Source: an uncultured delta proteobacterium
Lineage (GTDB): Bacteria; Desulfobacterota; Binatia; UBA9968
Length of the DNA: 64,000 bases
Direction of reading: 5' to 3'
NCBI GenBank assembly: GCA_963816145.1
Contig: CAWFJP010000030.1
Location: 160,001 to 224,000 of the forward strand
The notes beneath the pieces are model-generated. The model saw only the letters and a list, made by a program, of their open reading frames with translations, was not told where the DNA came from and searched no databases. The position numbers were made by a program, and so were the translations under genes. Positions 31,161 to 42,156 of this stretch are shown one piece after another; within the stretch, counting starts at the first letter, position 1; each line of letters begins with the position of its first letter.

Positions 31161-32203
31161 CCGAGTACATAGTGTCGGTTGGGATCGGTCGGTCCAGTTG
31201 CCACCTCCCGAAGCAGCCCTTTGTCGAGCATCGCTTTGAGGTCCCGTTGCAGAGTGCGGCGGTTGACCTCGGGAAAGTTGCTTTCCAGCTCGCTTAACGT
31301 CAACTTGCCGTAGGCGAGCAAGTGATCGAGCGCTCCGGTCTGCCGCGGATTGAGCCGATGCGCCCTGGCCACCACGTCAGTGCGTATCGCGATCTCGCCG
31401 CGCGCTTTCACTTCGTCCAGCTGTGTGGCCAGCCCGCCGACAAAAAACTCCAGCCAGCCGGTCAGATCCATGCCCTGCTCTCGGACACCCTGAATCGCCC
31501 GGTAGAAAGCGCTCCGGTCGCGGTCATAATACTCGCTGATCGTAAACAGCCGCTTGAAGTCGTAACCCGCCCGGTAAAGACACAGCGTCGACAGCAGCCG
31601 CGAAGTGCGCCCGTTGCCGTCGACAAAGGGATGAACATGCACCAGTTGAAACTGCGCGATACCTGACATCAGCACGGGATGGATTGCCGACTCTGCGCGC
31701 AGCCAACTCACGAGCTCCTGCATCAGCGGCGCCACCTCTTCGGGCGGTGGCGGCGTGTAAATGATTTCACGAGTTCGGCTGTTCGCGACGTAATTTTGTA
31801 TCTTGCGATACGCGCCGGGGCCGCCCTGCCCGCCTCGCACTCCCTCCACGAGCCGCTTGTGAATCTCGCGGATCAGCCCCTCAGTGATCGGCTCGCCGCT
31901 TTCAAGATACTCTGAGACTAGATTGAACGCTTCGCGATAGTTCAGCAACTCGCGCACGTCGTCGGGCTGCGCCTCGTCGACCTTCTTGCCGGCCCACAAC
32001 CGCTCGGCTTGTTCGATGGTCAGTTGCGTGCCTTCGATATGCGTCGTGTGGTGTGCTTCCAAAAGCAACGCGCGTTGACTCATGCGCCGCACCCACGCCT
32101 CCGACAGCGTCGCCGCCTCCAAAAACCCGCGCGCCCGCTCGATCGTCGTCAGCCCGGCGGTGATGGCGTTGGTAATCGTGAAGCGCGGAGCGAACGCCGT
32201 CAT
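31151..32203 (-). CDS. Fic-domain protein with C-terminal DeoR-like wHTH
   Basis: [12 protein letters not shown] catalytic motif, TTHIEG inhibitory motif, [12 protein letters not shown]; ATG follows the hsdS stop after 1 nt. Confidence 0.93.
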   Translation of the reverse strand: MTAFAPRFTITNAITAGLTTIERARGFLEAATLSEAWVRRMSQRALLLEAHHTTHIEGTQLTIEQAERLWAGKKVDEAQPDDVRELLNYREAFNLVSEYLESGEPITEGLIREIHKRLVEGVRGGQGGPGAYRKIQNYVANSRTREIIYTPPPPEEVAPLMQELVSWLRAESAIHPVLMSGIAQFQLVHVHPFVDGNGRTSRLLSTLCLYRAGYDFKRLFTISEYYDRDRSAFYRAIQGVREQGMDLTGWLEFFVGGLATQLDEVKARGEIAIRTDVVARAHRLNPRQTGALDHLLAYGKLTLSELESNFPEVNRRTLQRDLKAMLDKGLLREVATGPTDPNRHYVLGEL

Positions 32204-32204
32204 T

Positions 32205-33470
32205 TTATAGCTCCCCTCGAAAAGCACGGTGCTGTAGCGAGGCGAAGAGCGCGTCCAGCTCCGCCAGCGACGCGCGCTGCGCCGTCTTCAGCTTCTCCAC
32301 GGCTCGAACTCGACGGGCAGAATTCGCGCTGCAACTCGATGGGGGGAATGGAACATGGTCGTCGTATCTGCTCGAAGTTCAAGCCCGGTTTGGTTTACGG
32401 CCGTATTGGGCTTTTGCAACCTCTGTCGCATGTCCTCCTGCTCTCAAGAGCTCAGGAAGAACGAAAGGAAACTCGGTTCGATGCGCGTTTGAATCCACGC
32501 GGAGCAATGGACGACGTGCTGACGATGAAAGAACCTTCGGGCAGATCACTCGGCACGGGTGCAACGCGACCGAATTCGTGTAGTCGCGTAATCGTGAGCG
32601 AGAACGTCGCCGGCTTGTCGCACTTCTCTGTTCGCTGCGCCTCGGCGTTAGTCACGGCGCGGCAACTTCGATAAGCGACGGTCATCACGGTGACAGCGCT
32701 AAGATGTTGATGCATCTGAACATCGATGATGATGGCGTATGATCACCTGCTTCCTGTCCGAAGCGAAGACTTCGCCCAACCTCTGACCTCGCTTGAGACA
32801 AACAACAAGTGCTCGCGAAGCGACTGAACCGGCCAAGCCTCTTCGGATTGGTGGATGGGTCGCCGAAGAGTTCGAGGAAGAGGGATTGGGTGAGGGAGTC
32901 GAGTTGGGCGAGGGCGGCGCGGCGCTTGGCCCGCAACGCCTCCGCCCGGTCCAGCACCTCCGCAATCCGACGCTGCTCCGCCAGGCGGCGAGGAACATGA
33001 AGTCATGAATCGGCACTGCAGTTCCATTGCGCCGTTGACCGAGATATCGTCCTGGTCGCGTCGGTCATGGCGTGACGGGTCAAGCTTCGTCAGCGACTCG
33101 CATTCGCGAGATTCTGATACGCTGGTTCGCGTGCGCGACAAAACGGCGACGTTCCGACAGGTCCAGATATTCGCCGCGTCAATTAACCTTCATCTCCGGC
33201 ATTGCCGAGGCTAGCCTGTGCGATTGCGCCCGGCAGACGGTGCGCGCGTCTCGGCACGACGTAGCTTTCGCATTGAGCGAGATTGTATCGAGCCCTGCGC
33301 GGCTCTGTCGGCTTGGCACACGGTAAGTCTTTGTGCCTGCGCGCGAGTCATTTCTCCGATTACGGAGCCTTTGGCTCACGCGAGGAACGCTCCGCCGCTT
33401 CGGGCTTGTCGCCCGAGTGAAGCACATCGGCGATGAAACTGCTACATCGTTAGGCGTGGACAGCGCGTCA
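32205..33470 (-). pseudogene. hsdS: Type I R-M specificity subunit, multiply frameshifted
   Basis: Conserved helices [33 protein letters not shown] and [31 protein letters not shown] are visible; the target recognition domains are broken by many indels. Confidence 0.8.
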
Positions 33471-35027
33471 CCTGCAGCATCCCCTCCAGTTCCTTCATCC
33501 CCTGCTGAATCTCCGCTTCCAGTTTGCCGAGGCTGGCGAGGAATTTCGCCCGGCGGGCGGTGCGCGACTTCTTCGTGGACGACTTCCTTGTAGCGGTTGA
33601 GCGAGAGATCGTAGCCCTGCGCGGCGATGTCGGCCTTGGGCACACAGAAGCTTTGCGCGGTGCGCGAGCCGGCTCATCTCTTGCGTTTGGATTTTGCGTC
33701 TGCGGGGCGCTGGATTTGGATGTCGTCGAGCGCGAAGTTGTCGGGGAGATTATTTTGCGCGTTCGTCGGCGCTGAGCGCGACTTGGAACCGGGCCGAGTT
33801 TTTCTTCCGGCAACAGCGGCGTGCGTTTGTCGTCGAGGGACAGGCCGTCGGCGTCTACGTCGTAGAACCAGACATGATCCGTGCCACCGGAGTTGGTCTT
33901 GGTGAAAAGGAGAATCGCGGTGGAGACGCCGGCGTAGGGCTTGAAACACCGCCCGGCAGCGAGATGACCGCGTCGAGTTTCTGTTCTTCGACAAGTATCT
34001 TGCGCAGCGTCTTGTGCGCGTTGGACGAGCCGAAGAGCACGCCGTCGGGGACGATGACGGCGGCGCGTCCGCCGGGCTTGAGCAGGCGCAGGAAGAGGGC
34101 GAGGAAGAGCAGTTCGGTTTTCTTCGTCTTCACGATCTGCAGCAGATCCTTGGCGAGTTCTCGTAGTCGAGCGATCCGGCGAACGGGGAGGTTGGCGGGA
34201 CCAGCGTGTATTTCTCCTCCTCGCCGGCGTGGTCCTGCGCCAGCGAGTCGCGGTAGCGGATGTCGGGGTCTCCACGCCGTGCAACAGCATGTTCATGCTG
34301 CCGATGCGCAGCATGGTGTTGTCGAAGTCGAAGCCTGGAAAAAGCCATGATGAAAGTGCGCATCAGCTTCGGGTCGCGAAAAATCTCCGGGTGCTGGCGC
34401 AGATACTCGCCGACCGCCACAAGAAAGCCGCAAGTGCCGCAGGCCGGATCGCACATAATGTCCGTGGGCCAGGCCGGACGATTTCGACCATTAGCGAATA
34501 ATGTGACGCGGCTGCGGAACTGGCCGTTTTGACCGGCGCTGGCGATCTTGGCGAGCATGTACTCGTAGAGGTCGCCCTTGGTGTCGCGCTCCTCCATCGG
34601 CACCTTGTCGATCATGTCGACGACCCGCGCCAGCAGTCCGGGATGTGGAATGGTGAAGCGCGCGTCCTTCATGTGATGCGCGTAGGTCGACTCATCGCCG
34701 CCTAAGTTGCGCAGAAACGGAAACACATGCTCGCCCACCACTGCGTACATGTCGGGGGGCGAAATGCTTGAAGTGCGACCAGCGATAGTCCGCGTAGGGA
34801 CGCGGCGAGCGCGGATGATCGTCATCGCCTTCGGGAAACAAGCGCCGCTCGATGGGCGCCTTCAGCCTTGTGGCTTTCAACTCTTCGAGCGTCTGCAGCT
34901 CATCGAGCCGCTTGATGAACAGCAGGTAGGTAATCTGCTCGATCACTTCCAGCGGATTGGAAATCCCGCCGGACCAGAAGGCATTCCAGATTTGATCGAT
35001 TTGGCTGCGAATCTCGTTGGTCAGCAT
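33468..35027 (-). pseudogene. hsdM: Type I R-M methyltransferase subunit, multiply frameshifted
   Basis: Pieces in several frames: [83 protein letters not shown]. Confidence 0.9.
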
Positions 35028-35091
35028 AAGTCTACAGACGACCTCCGCTCCTTCCCTTCGCTGAAGGCAGGCGGCGAGGTTCGCGCTCTCG

Positions 35092-36099
35092 CTACTTCAT
35101 GCCGAGATTTTTTAGAAAGCCAGACTTAGTTAAGGCATCGACGAAGGAGTTGTCGTAAAAATCCTTCGGATCGGCGCTCTTCACCTTGGGAAATTCCTTT
35201 TCGTCGATATATTCGAATTGGCCGCGGATCGCTTCCGGCCGCACCGCGAGACTCATCGCCCAGTACGGTGCAAACGCATCATAGGTGCCGTCGATGGTCG
35301 GCGCGTCGTCGATCTTGGCGTATTTGCCGATGGCTTTCTTGGCCACCGCCGGGTCTTGGCGCGACAGCACCACGCCTTCGGCGATCGCTTTCAAGAAGGC
35401 GTACACCGTGTTGGGGTTATTTTTTAAATATTTTTCCGTGGCACCGTAGGTCACTTGAAACGCCGGGATATTGAGCTTGCCGACATCGACCAGCAAATTA
35501 AGTCCCGACTCTTTAGCCTTGATGGTGTTGGGCGCCGACAGCGTGCCGGCGGCGGTCTTGCCGCCAAGAATTGAACTCAAGATCGCCGGCACCGACTGCA
35601 CGTAGAGGATCTGCACGTCCTTGTCCGGGACCAGGCCGTTTTTCTTGAGCGCCTCCCGCGTAGCCGTATCGAGAGCAGCGCGCGGTGTGCTCGCCGCCAC
35701 CGCTTTGCCTTTTAAGTCTTGAATGGTCTTGATCTCCTTGGCGCCCCAAATTTGAAACACTAGCTGTTGCATCGTGCCGCCAAAATATTTCACCTGCCCG
35801 CCATGCAAGCGCGCGTTGATCAGATCCGGTCCGTCGGTGTAAAAGTCCGCTTCCTCGGAGATGACCGCCTGAGCCGACACCTGCGGCGTTAACAGCTGCA
35901 AGCTGGCATTCAAGCCATACTTCTTGAACAGCCCGGCTTCATAGGCTACCCAAATTGGCGTGAACGCGCCGCTAGGCTGCGCGTAGGTGACAACCACATC
36001 GGACTTCTCTGGCTTACCGCCGGGTTCGGCCGCGCGCGCTAACTGGACTAAACCAAACATCAAAACCGTGCTAGATACGATCGCGTGCAGAAATTTCAT
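35092..36099 (-). CDS. ABC-type substrate-binding protein (NMT1/SsuA/TauA-like)
   Basis: Signal peptide, WVAYEAGLFKKYGL, DLKGK, FYDNSFV. Confidence 0.88.
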   Translation of the reverse strand: MKFLHAIVSSTVLMFGLVQLARAAEPGGKPEKSDVVVTYAQPSGAFTPIWVAYEAGLFKKYGLNASLQLLTPQVSAQAVISEEADFYTDGPDLINARLHGGQVKYFGGTMQQLVFQIWGAKEIKTIQDLKGKAVAASTPRAALDTATREALKKNGLVPDKDVQILYVQSVPAILSSILGGKTAAGTLSAPNTIKAKESGLNLLVDVGKLNIPAFQVTYGATEKYLKNNPNTVYAFLKAIAEGVVLSRQDPAVAKKAIGKYAKIDDAPTIDGTYDAFAPYWAMSLAVRPEAIRGQFEYIDEKEFPKVKSADPKDFYDNSFVDALTKSGFLKNLGMK

Positions 36100-36166
36100 A
36101 CCATTCCCTCGCCTATTTGAACTCTCCGAAACTGATCACTGACAACTAGCCACTAAGCACGATCCT

Positions 36167-37894
36167 CTATTTTGCCTGCCGCACATCGGCGATCTTCAAC
36201 TCGACGCTGGTGTTGCCGTTCCACTGGTTTTCCGTCAACCGGTAGGCGACGTCAAGAGTCTCACCGGGCCGGCCGGGGTAGTCGTCGCCGACGCCGAAGA
36301 TGACGCCGCTGACGATCTTGCCCCCGTGGCGCAAGCGCAGCCGTACACCGGCGGAAAAAACCTTGCGCTCGCAAACCTCGGCGCCGAACGTCGCGAACAG
36401 CGGTTCCGGATTGCCGACGCCGAAGGGTTGCATAACTTCCAGTTCGCGCATCAACGGCAAAGATAATTGCGAGAAATCCAACTGCGCATCGATCTCCAAG
36501 AGCGGCGAAAGTTGCTCGGCGGAAAGAGTGTGCCGTGCCGCCGCTTCGAAAGCCTCGGTGAACGGCGCCAATTGCTCCGGGCGCATCGACAAGCCGCCGG
36601 CGAACTCATGACCGCCGAACTTTTCCAAATGTTCGGCGCAGCCGCGGAACGCCTCGACCATGTGAAAGCCGCGGATGCTGCGCGCCGAGCCTTTGCCGAC
36701 GCCGTCGTTGAATCCAATCACCACTGTCGGCCGATAAAAACGCTCGACCACGCGCGACGCGACGATGCCGAGCACACCGGGATGCCAACCCTCGCCGGCC
36801 AGGACCAAAGAATGGCGGTCGCCGCCAGCAACCGCCGCTTCTGCCTGCGCCAGGGCATGCAGCTGCACCTGCGCTTCGATGGCACGCCGTTCGAGATTAT
36901 GTTCTTCCAATTCCTGGGCGATGCGCTGCGCGGTTTCGCTGGAGTCCGTCGTCAAGAGTTCGACGACTTTGATGCCGTAATCGACCCTGCCGGCGGCATT
37001 GATGCGCGGTCCCAAGCGAAATCCCACTTGCCCAGCGCTGACTTCGCCATCGCCAATCCCGGCGACACGTTTGAGTGCCACCACGCCGGGCCGTGTCGAA
37101 GTAGCCAGCTCACTGAGCCCACGTTTGATCAACGTCCGATTGACGCCCTTGAGCGGCACCATATCGGCGATGGTGCCAAGCGTGACGATGTCGAGGAAAT
37201 GGCGGATATCCGGAGCGGCGCCGTTCTTGAACCAGCCGGCCTCACGCAGCTTGGCGCGCAAACCGATTACCAAGTAGAAGGCCAGCCCAGCGGCGCACAT
37301 GCCTTTGTCCGGGAAAGTACAGTCCTTGCGATGGGGATTTACCACCGCCACCGCCGGCGGCAGTTCGTCGGGCGGCTGGTGATGATCGATGACGACGAGA
37401 TCGAGCCCGAAGTCGTTCGCCGCGGCGACTTCTTTGGCATTGGAGATGCCGCAATCGACGGTGACAACAAGCCGGGCGCCGCGTTCTTGAAGCCGCTTCA
37501 GCCCTTCGACATTAAGGCCGTACCCCTCTTCGATGCGATGCGGCACATGATAGATCGGCTTGGCGCCAACCTCGCGCAAAAACGACACCAACACCGACGC
37601 GCCGGTGGTGCCGTCGACATCGTAGTCGCCCCAGATGCCGATCTGTTCCTGGTTGCGCACGGCATCGACGATACGACGTACGGCCGCGTCCATATCCGCC
37701 ATCTCAAAGGGCGATGGTAAATCCGAGCGTAAACTCGATGACAGGTAGCAGCGGGTCGCGTCGTTGTCGGTAAAGCCGCGCAGGGTCAGGATGCGCGCGA
37801 TCAGCGGTGAGAGATTAAGTTCTTCGGCGAAGCGATCGGCGGTCGCTTGGTCGACCGGTTTCAGTCGCCAACGCTTGGCGTGATCATGGGGCAT
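36167..37894 (-). CDS. recJ: Single-stranded DNA exonuclease RecJ
   Basis: GDYDVDG, TVDCG, DHH, GTIADMVPL, PRINAAGR, GSARS, FGGH. Confidence 0.97.
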   Translation of the reverse strand: MPHDHAKRWRLKPVDQATADRFAEELNLSPLIARILTLRGFTDNDATRCYLSSSLRSDLPSPFEMADMDAAVRRIVDAVRNQEQIGIWGDYDVDGTTGASVLVSFLREVGAKPIYHVPHRIEEGYGLNVEGLKRLQERGARLVVTVDCGISNAKEVAAANDFGLDLVVIDHHQPPDELPPAVAVVNPHRKDCTFPDKGMCAAGLAFYLVIGLRAKLREAGWFKNGAAPDIRHFLDIVTLGTIADMVPLKGVNRTLIKRGLSELATSTRPGVVALKRVAGIGDGEVSAGQVGFRLGPRINAAGRVDYGIKVVELLTTDSSETAQRIAQELEEHNLERRAIEAQVQLHALAQAEAAVAGGDRHSLVLAGEGWHPGVLGIVASRVVERFYRPTVVIGFNDGVGKGSARSIRGFHMVEAFRGCAEHLEKFGGHEFAGGLSMRPEQLAPFTEAFEAAARHTLSAEQLSPLLEIDAQLDFSQLSLPLMRELEVMQPFGVGNPEPLFATFGAEVCERKVFSAGVRLRLRHGGKIVSGVIFGVGDDYPGRPGETLDVAYRLTENQWNGNTSVELKIADVRQAK

Positions 37895-37926
37895 GGGAGA
37901 TTACCAATACGAGGAAAGACCCGATC

Positions 37927-38000
37927 TCACCACGAAGATCACGAAGGTTTCGGAAGATTAAATCTCCAAACTTCGTGATCTTCGTGTCCTTCGTGGTGAA
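37927..38000. repeat. REP-like palindrome built from CACGAAG units
   Basis: tcaccacgaagatcacgaag ... cttcgtgatcttcgtgtccttcgtggtga inverted arms between secF and recJ. Confidence 0.75.
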
Positions 38001-38042
38001 ACTATTCTTTTATGACTTGGCTGCGGCGACACAACAAACCGC

Positions 38043-38966
38043 CTACTTCTTAAAGGACTTATCCCACAAAAGAATGACCGGGCTGGCGATAAAAATCGTC
38101 GAATAGACGCCCGAGGTGAAGCCCACCAAAAGCGCGAATGCGAAGGGCCGGATCACCGCGCCGCCGAGCAGATAGAGCGCCAACAACACCAGCAATGCCG
38201 TGCCGGTGGTCAGAATCGTCCGGCTTAGGGTTTCGTTAATGCTGGTATTGATGATGTTTTCCAAACTTTCGCGGCGGACTTTGCGCAGATTCTCGCGGAT
38301 ACGATCGCAAATAACCACGGTGTCGTTGACCGAGAAACCGACGATGGTGAGCAGCGCCGCCACCACCGTCAGATCGAATTCGTAGTTCGCCAGCATCAAG
38401 GCGCCGACGGTTACCAGCACGTCATGGATCAACGCGATCACCGCGCCGACGCCAAAATGCAGACCGAACCGCGCGCCGAAAGCCGAGGCGAAGCGAATCC
38501 AAATGTACACCCCCATCATCACCGTCGAAGCGATGACCGACCAGGTGCCGCGCCAACGCAGATCCTCGCCGATTTTCGGACCGACATATTCGATCCGGCG
38601 GATCTCGAATTTGTCGGCGCCGAATTTCGCGCCGAGCCCCTTTTTCAACTGATCGCCCAGGGCCGTCACTTTCACCCCGGCCTTTTCGACGCGCACGAGA
38701 AATTCGTTGGCGCCTTCCTGACCGAAATCTTGAATCGTGCTGCCGCCCATTTGGATCGTCTCCAAGGCTTGGCGAATATCCGGGATCGTGGTCTTTTGTT
38801 GGAACTTCAACTGCACGATGGTGCCGCCGGCAAAGTCGACACCCATGGTCGGCCCTTTGAAAAACAGAAATGCCAGGACGATAACGTTGACCAAGGTCGA
38901 CAGAATGATCGCGATCTTGCGATAGTGGGTAAACGGAATTTTGGTTCCGGACCGAATGAGTTCCAT
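38043..38966 (-). CDS. secF: Protein translocase subunit SecF
   Basis: GVDFAGG, VGPKIG, ALIHDV, GFSVNDTVVICDRIREN, TLSRTI. Confidence 0.96.
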   Translation of the reverse strand: MELIRSGTKIPFTHYRKIAIILSTLVNVIVLAFLFFKGPTMGVDFAGGTIVQLKFQQKTTIPDIRQALETIQMGGSTIQDFGQEGANEFLVRVEKAGVKVTALGDQLKKGLGAKFGADKFEIRRIEYVGPKIGEDLRWRGTWSVIASTVMMGVYIWIRFASAFGARFGLHFGVGAVIALIHDVLVTVGALMLANYEFDLTVVAALLTIVGFSVNDTVVICDRIRENLRKVRRESLENIINTSINETLSRTILTTGTALLVLLALYLLGGAVIRPFAFALLVGFTSGVYSTIFIASPVILLWDKSFKK

Positions 38967-38975
38967 TGCTAGCCT

Positions 38976-40604
38976 CTAGATGCTGATTCGCTCAAGGCGC
39001 CGGGCGCCGATGCGGTAATCATAGTAAACACGCGTCAAGTAGACCGCGGTGATGATGGTAGTTAAGATGCCGACGCATAGGGTTACGGCAAAGCCCTTGA
39101 TAGGTCCGGTGCCGAATTGAAACAAGATCACTCCGGAAAGAAATGTCGTGATGTTGGAATCCAAGATGGCCGGCAAGGCGTTTTGATAGCCGGCCTCGAT
39201 GGCCGAACGCACCGCGCGCCCGGCGCGGATTTCCTCGCGAATGCGCTCGTTGATGAGCACGTTGGCATCCACCGCCATACCGATGGTCAAGACGATACCG
39301 GCAATGCCGGGAAGCGTAAGCACGGCCTGGAAACCGGCGAGGATCGCGACCATGAACAAGACGTTGAATAACAGCGCCACATCCGCCACCAAGCCTGCAC
39401 CCTTGTAGTAGGCAACCATGAACAGAATTACCAACGCGCCGCCGACGGCAAATGAGGTCAAACCCTGAGTAATCGAGTCGCGTCCCAGCGAAGGTCCCAC
39501 CGTGCGCTCTTCGACGATCTCCACCGGCGCCGGCAGCGCGCCGGCGCGCAGGACGATCGACAGATCGCGCGCTTCCTTGATATCGAAGCTGCCGGTGATC
39601 GAGGCGCGGCCGCCGCCGATCCGCTCTTGGATCACCGGCGCCGAGTAGACGTTGTTGTCGAGAACGATCGCCATGCGCCGCTTGACGTTGGCGGCGGTAA
39701 TCTGCTCAAAAAGCCGCGCCCCCTGATCATTGAGAATCAGCTCGACGTACGGGCCTTGCAGCTGTTGGCCGGGACGGACCTTGGCGTCTTGAATATATTC
39801 CCCGGTCATCAGCGTCCGTGCTTCCAAGACATAAGGAATCTTCGCCGTACTCGCCCCAGCGACACCTTTGCCGGCCTGGCCATACAACACCTGGCGCCCC
39901 GGCGGGGCGCCGTTCTTGACCGCCTCTTCCGGATTGACGTTGTCGTCGACCAGCTTGAACTCCAATAGCGCGGTCTTGCCGATGATATCCTTGGCCCGTT
40001 GCGGGTCTTGGATGCCGGGAAGTTGGACCAGAATATGATCGATTCCCTGGCGCTGAATCACCGGTTCGCTGACGCCGAACTGATCGATGCGATTACGGAT
40101 GGTTTCCAGCGATTGATCGACGATATAGTCGCGTAGCGCCCGCGTCTCTTCCCGGCTGAGCGTCATGTAAAATTCGGTGCCGGCGGCGCTCGTCTGGGGC
40201 GTCTTGGCTTCAACCAAGTTGCCGAAGTCGGCTTTGAGGATGCTGCGCACGCGCTCGACGCTGGCAGGTGCGACTTTGAGCTGCAGCTGTGTCCCTTCAA
40301 CGCGCTCCACCGAGACCCCCGATATACCCTTGTCGCGAAAACTGTTGGTGAGATCGACCTTCAAACGCTCCATGTGATTCTCGATCGCCTTGTCGAGCTT
40401 CACCTCGAGAACCAAATGGCTGCCGCCCTGCAGGTCAAGGCCCAGATGAATGACATCCGACGGCAAGAATCCGGGCCACCAGCCAGGCATTTCCGCTCTG
40501 CCAGTGCTGTCTCTTTTGCCGAGAAAGTTGGGCGCAAGAAAGAGCAACGACAACAGAGCCAGTACCGAGAAAGTTATGACTCGGGTAAGAACGCCCCGTC
40601 GCAT
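38976..40604 (-). CDS. secD: Protein translocase subunit SecD
   Basis: LGLDLQGG, RIDQFGVSEP, GALPAP, VGPSLG, GMAVDANVLINERIREE. Confidence 0.97.
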   Translation of the reverse strand: MRRGVLTRVITFSVLALLSLLFLAPNFLGKRDSTGRAEMPGWWPGFLPSDVIHLGLDLQGGSHLVLEVKLDKAIENHMERLKVDLTNSFRDKGISGVSVERVEGTQLQLKVAPASVERVRSILKADFGNLVEAKTPQTSAAGTEFYMTLSREETRALRDYIVDQSLETIRNRIDQFGVSEPVIQRQGIDHILVQLPGIQDPQRAKDIIGKTALLEFKLVDDNVNPEEAVKNGAPPGRQVLYGQAGKGVAGASTAKIPYVLEARTLMTGEYIQDAKVRPGQQLQGPYVELILNDQGARLFEQITAANVKRRMAIVLDNNVYSAPVIQERIGGGRASITGSFDIKEARDLSIVLRAGALPAPVEIVEERTVGPSLGRDSITQGLTSFAVGGALVILFMVAYYKGAGLVADVALLFNVLFMVAILAGFQAVLTLPGIAGIVLTIGMAVDANVLINERIREEIRAGRAVRSAIEAGYQNALPAILDSNITTFLSGVILFQFGTGPIKGFAVTLCVGILTTIITAVYLTRVYYDYRIGARRLERISI

Positions 40605-40608
40605 TCGA

Positions 40609-40944
40609 TTAATCCTTTCCGTCTTTAGCGGGTGACTTGTCGACGGTAGTAACGGCTGAAATCTGCGGACGATTCACGCGGATGCGCACGTTCGGCGCAA
40701 CTTCGAGGGTCACCACCTGATCTTTGAGTTCCGTCACCTTACCGTAAATTCCGCCGGAGGTCATCACTTCGTCGTTTCTTTTTAGTTTGTTGAGCATCTC
40801 CTGATGCTCTTTCTGCTTCTTCTGCTGCGGCCGAAAAACCATGAAATACATGATGACGAGAATAACGATGAACGGGAATATCGTCATCAACGGACCCGGC
40901 CCGCCGATGCCCGGCCCCGCCTGTGCATAAGCAAAATCGACCAT
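40609..40944 (-). CDS. yajC: Preprotein translocase subunit YajC
   Basis: YFMVFRPQQKKQK..VMTSGGIYG; AGGAGGAG RBS before ATG 40944. Confidence 0.95.
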   Translation of the reverse strand: MVDFAYAQAGPGIGGPGPLMTIFPFIVILVIMYFMVFRPQQKKQKEHQEMLNKLKRNDEVMTSGGIYGKVTELKDQVVTLEVAPNVRIRVNRPQISAVTTVDKSPAKDGKD

Positions 40945-40966
40945 GACTCCTCCTAAAAGGTTTTTT

Positions 40967-42076
40967 TTATGAAGCTTCGGCAAATTTGACGAGTTCAGCC
41001 CAAGGTTCCGGACGCCCGTCGCGAATCGCTTCCCGACACTTATCCATGAGGCGGTGGTAAAAGTAAAGATTGTGCAGCGAATTTAGCTGCGCCGACAGGA
41101 TCTCGCCGGCCATAAACAAATGGCGCAGATAAGCACGCGAGAAGTTTTTACAACTGTAACAGCCGCAAGTTTCATCGAGCGGGCGCGGATCGTCGGCAAA
41201 CTCGGCGCGCTTGATACTGACCTTGCCCTGCCAAGTAAACAGCGTGCCGTTGCGGCCGTTGCGGGTCGGGATCACACAGTCGAACATGTCGAAGCCGGCG
41301 CGCACGGCGTGAATAATATCCTGAGGGCGGCCGACGCCCATCAAATAGCGCGGCTTATTCTCGGGTAAAAACTGCACGGTGAAAGCACCGACGGAATTGA
41401 GCTTCTCCTCGCCCTCGCCCACCCCAAGGCCGCCGACGGCAAAGCCCTCGAAATTCAGCGCCGACAGTTCGTCTACACACCAGCGTCGTAAATCCTCGAA
41501 CATGCCGCCCTGAACGATACCGAACATCAATTGCTCCGGCCTGTTTCGGGCATTCAAGCAACGCTCGGCCCAGCGGATCGTCCGTTCCGTCGACTCGCGC
41601 ACGTAACTGCGCGCCGCGTCATGGGGAATGCACTCGTCAAAAACCATCGCGATGTCGCTGCCCAGGGCTTCCTGAATCTCCACCGCCTTTTCCGGTGTCA
41701 GCAAATGGGACGAGCCATCGATATGCGATTGAAAGCGCGCACCATCCTCGGTGATCTTGCGCATGGTTCCGAGACTGAAAACTTGATAACCGCCGCTGTC
41801 GGTCAAGATCGGCCCCGGCCAATTCATGAATCGATGCAGCCCGCCCAGCTTGCGTATCAGCTCATGCCCAGGGCGCAGATAAAGATGGTAAGTATTGCCG
41901 AGCAGGATCTGGCACCCGAGCTCATGTAAATCCCGCGGCAGCACCGCCTTCACCGTACCCTGCGTCCCTACCGGCATGAAGCAAGGGGTTTCGATCACAC
42001 CATGAGCCGTCGTCAAACGGCCGAGACGGGCTTTAGTAACAGTGTCCTTTTTGAGGAGAGTGAAATGATCAGCCAT
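40967..42076 (-). CDS. tgt: tRNA-guanine transglycosylase
   Basis: TPCFMPVGT, NTYHLYLRPG, TDSGGYQVFSL, GIVQGG, DMFDCVIPTR, CGCYSC..HN. Confidence 0.97.
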   Translation of the reverse strand: MADHFTLLKKDTVTKARLGRLTTAHGVIETPCFMPVGTQGTVKAVLPRDLHELGCQILLGNTYHLYLRPGHELIRKLGGLHRFMNWPGPILTDSGGYQVFSLGTMRKITEDGARFQSHIDGSSHLLTPEKAVEIQEALGSDIAMVFDECIPHDAARSYVRESTERTIRWAERCLNARNRPEQLMFGIVQGGMFEDLRRWCVDELSALNFEGFAVGGLGVGEGEEKLNSVGAFTVQFLPENKPRYLMGVGRPQDIIHAVRAGFDMFDCVIPTRNGRNGTLFTWQGKVSIKRAEFADDPRPLDETCGCYSCKNFSRAYLRHLFMAGEILSAQLNSLHNLYFYHRLMDKCREAIRDGRPEPWAELVKFAEAS

Positions 42077-42083
42077 AAAAATC

Positions 42084-42153
42084 GGCATGAGGCGCGAGGC
42101 ATGAGGCGCGAGTAAGAATCCGGACTCATGCCTCGCGCCTCACGCCTCGTGCC
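42084..42153. repeat. Palindromic heptamer repeat (GAGGCGC/GAGGCAT units)
   Basis: ggcatgaggcgcgaggcatgaggcgcgag ... ctcatgcctcgcgcctcacgcctcgtgcc between queA and tgt. Confidence 0.75.
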
Positions 42154-42156
42154 TTC

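Noticed and set aside
33468-35027. Programmed frameshifting or simple-repeat phase variation in hsdM
   Set aside because: Too many scattered indels and no long homopolymer or repeat tract
36467-37720. 417-aa plus-strand ORF
   Set aside because: Antisense shadow of recJ in GC-rich DNA
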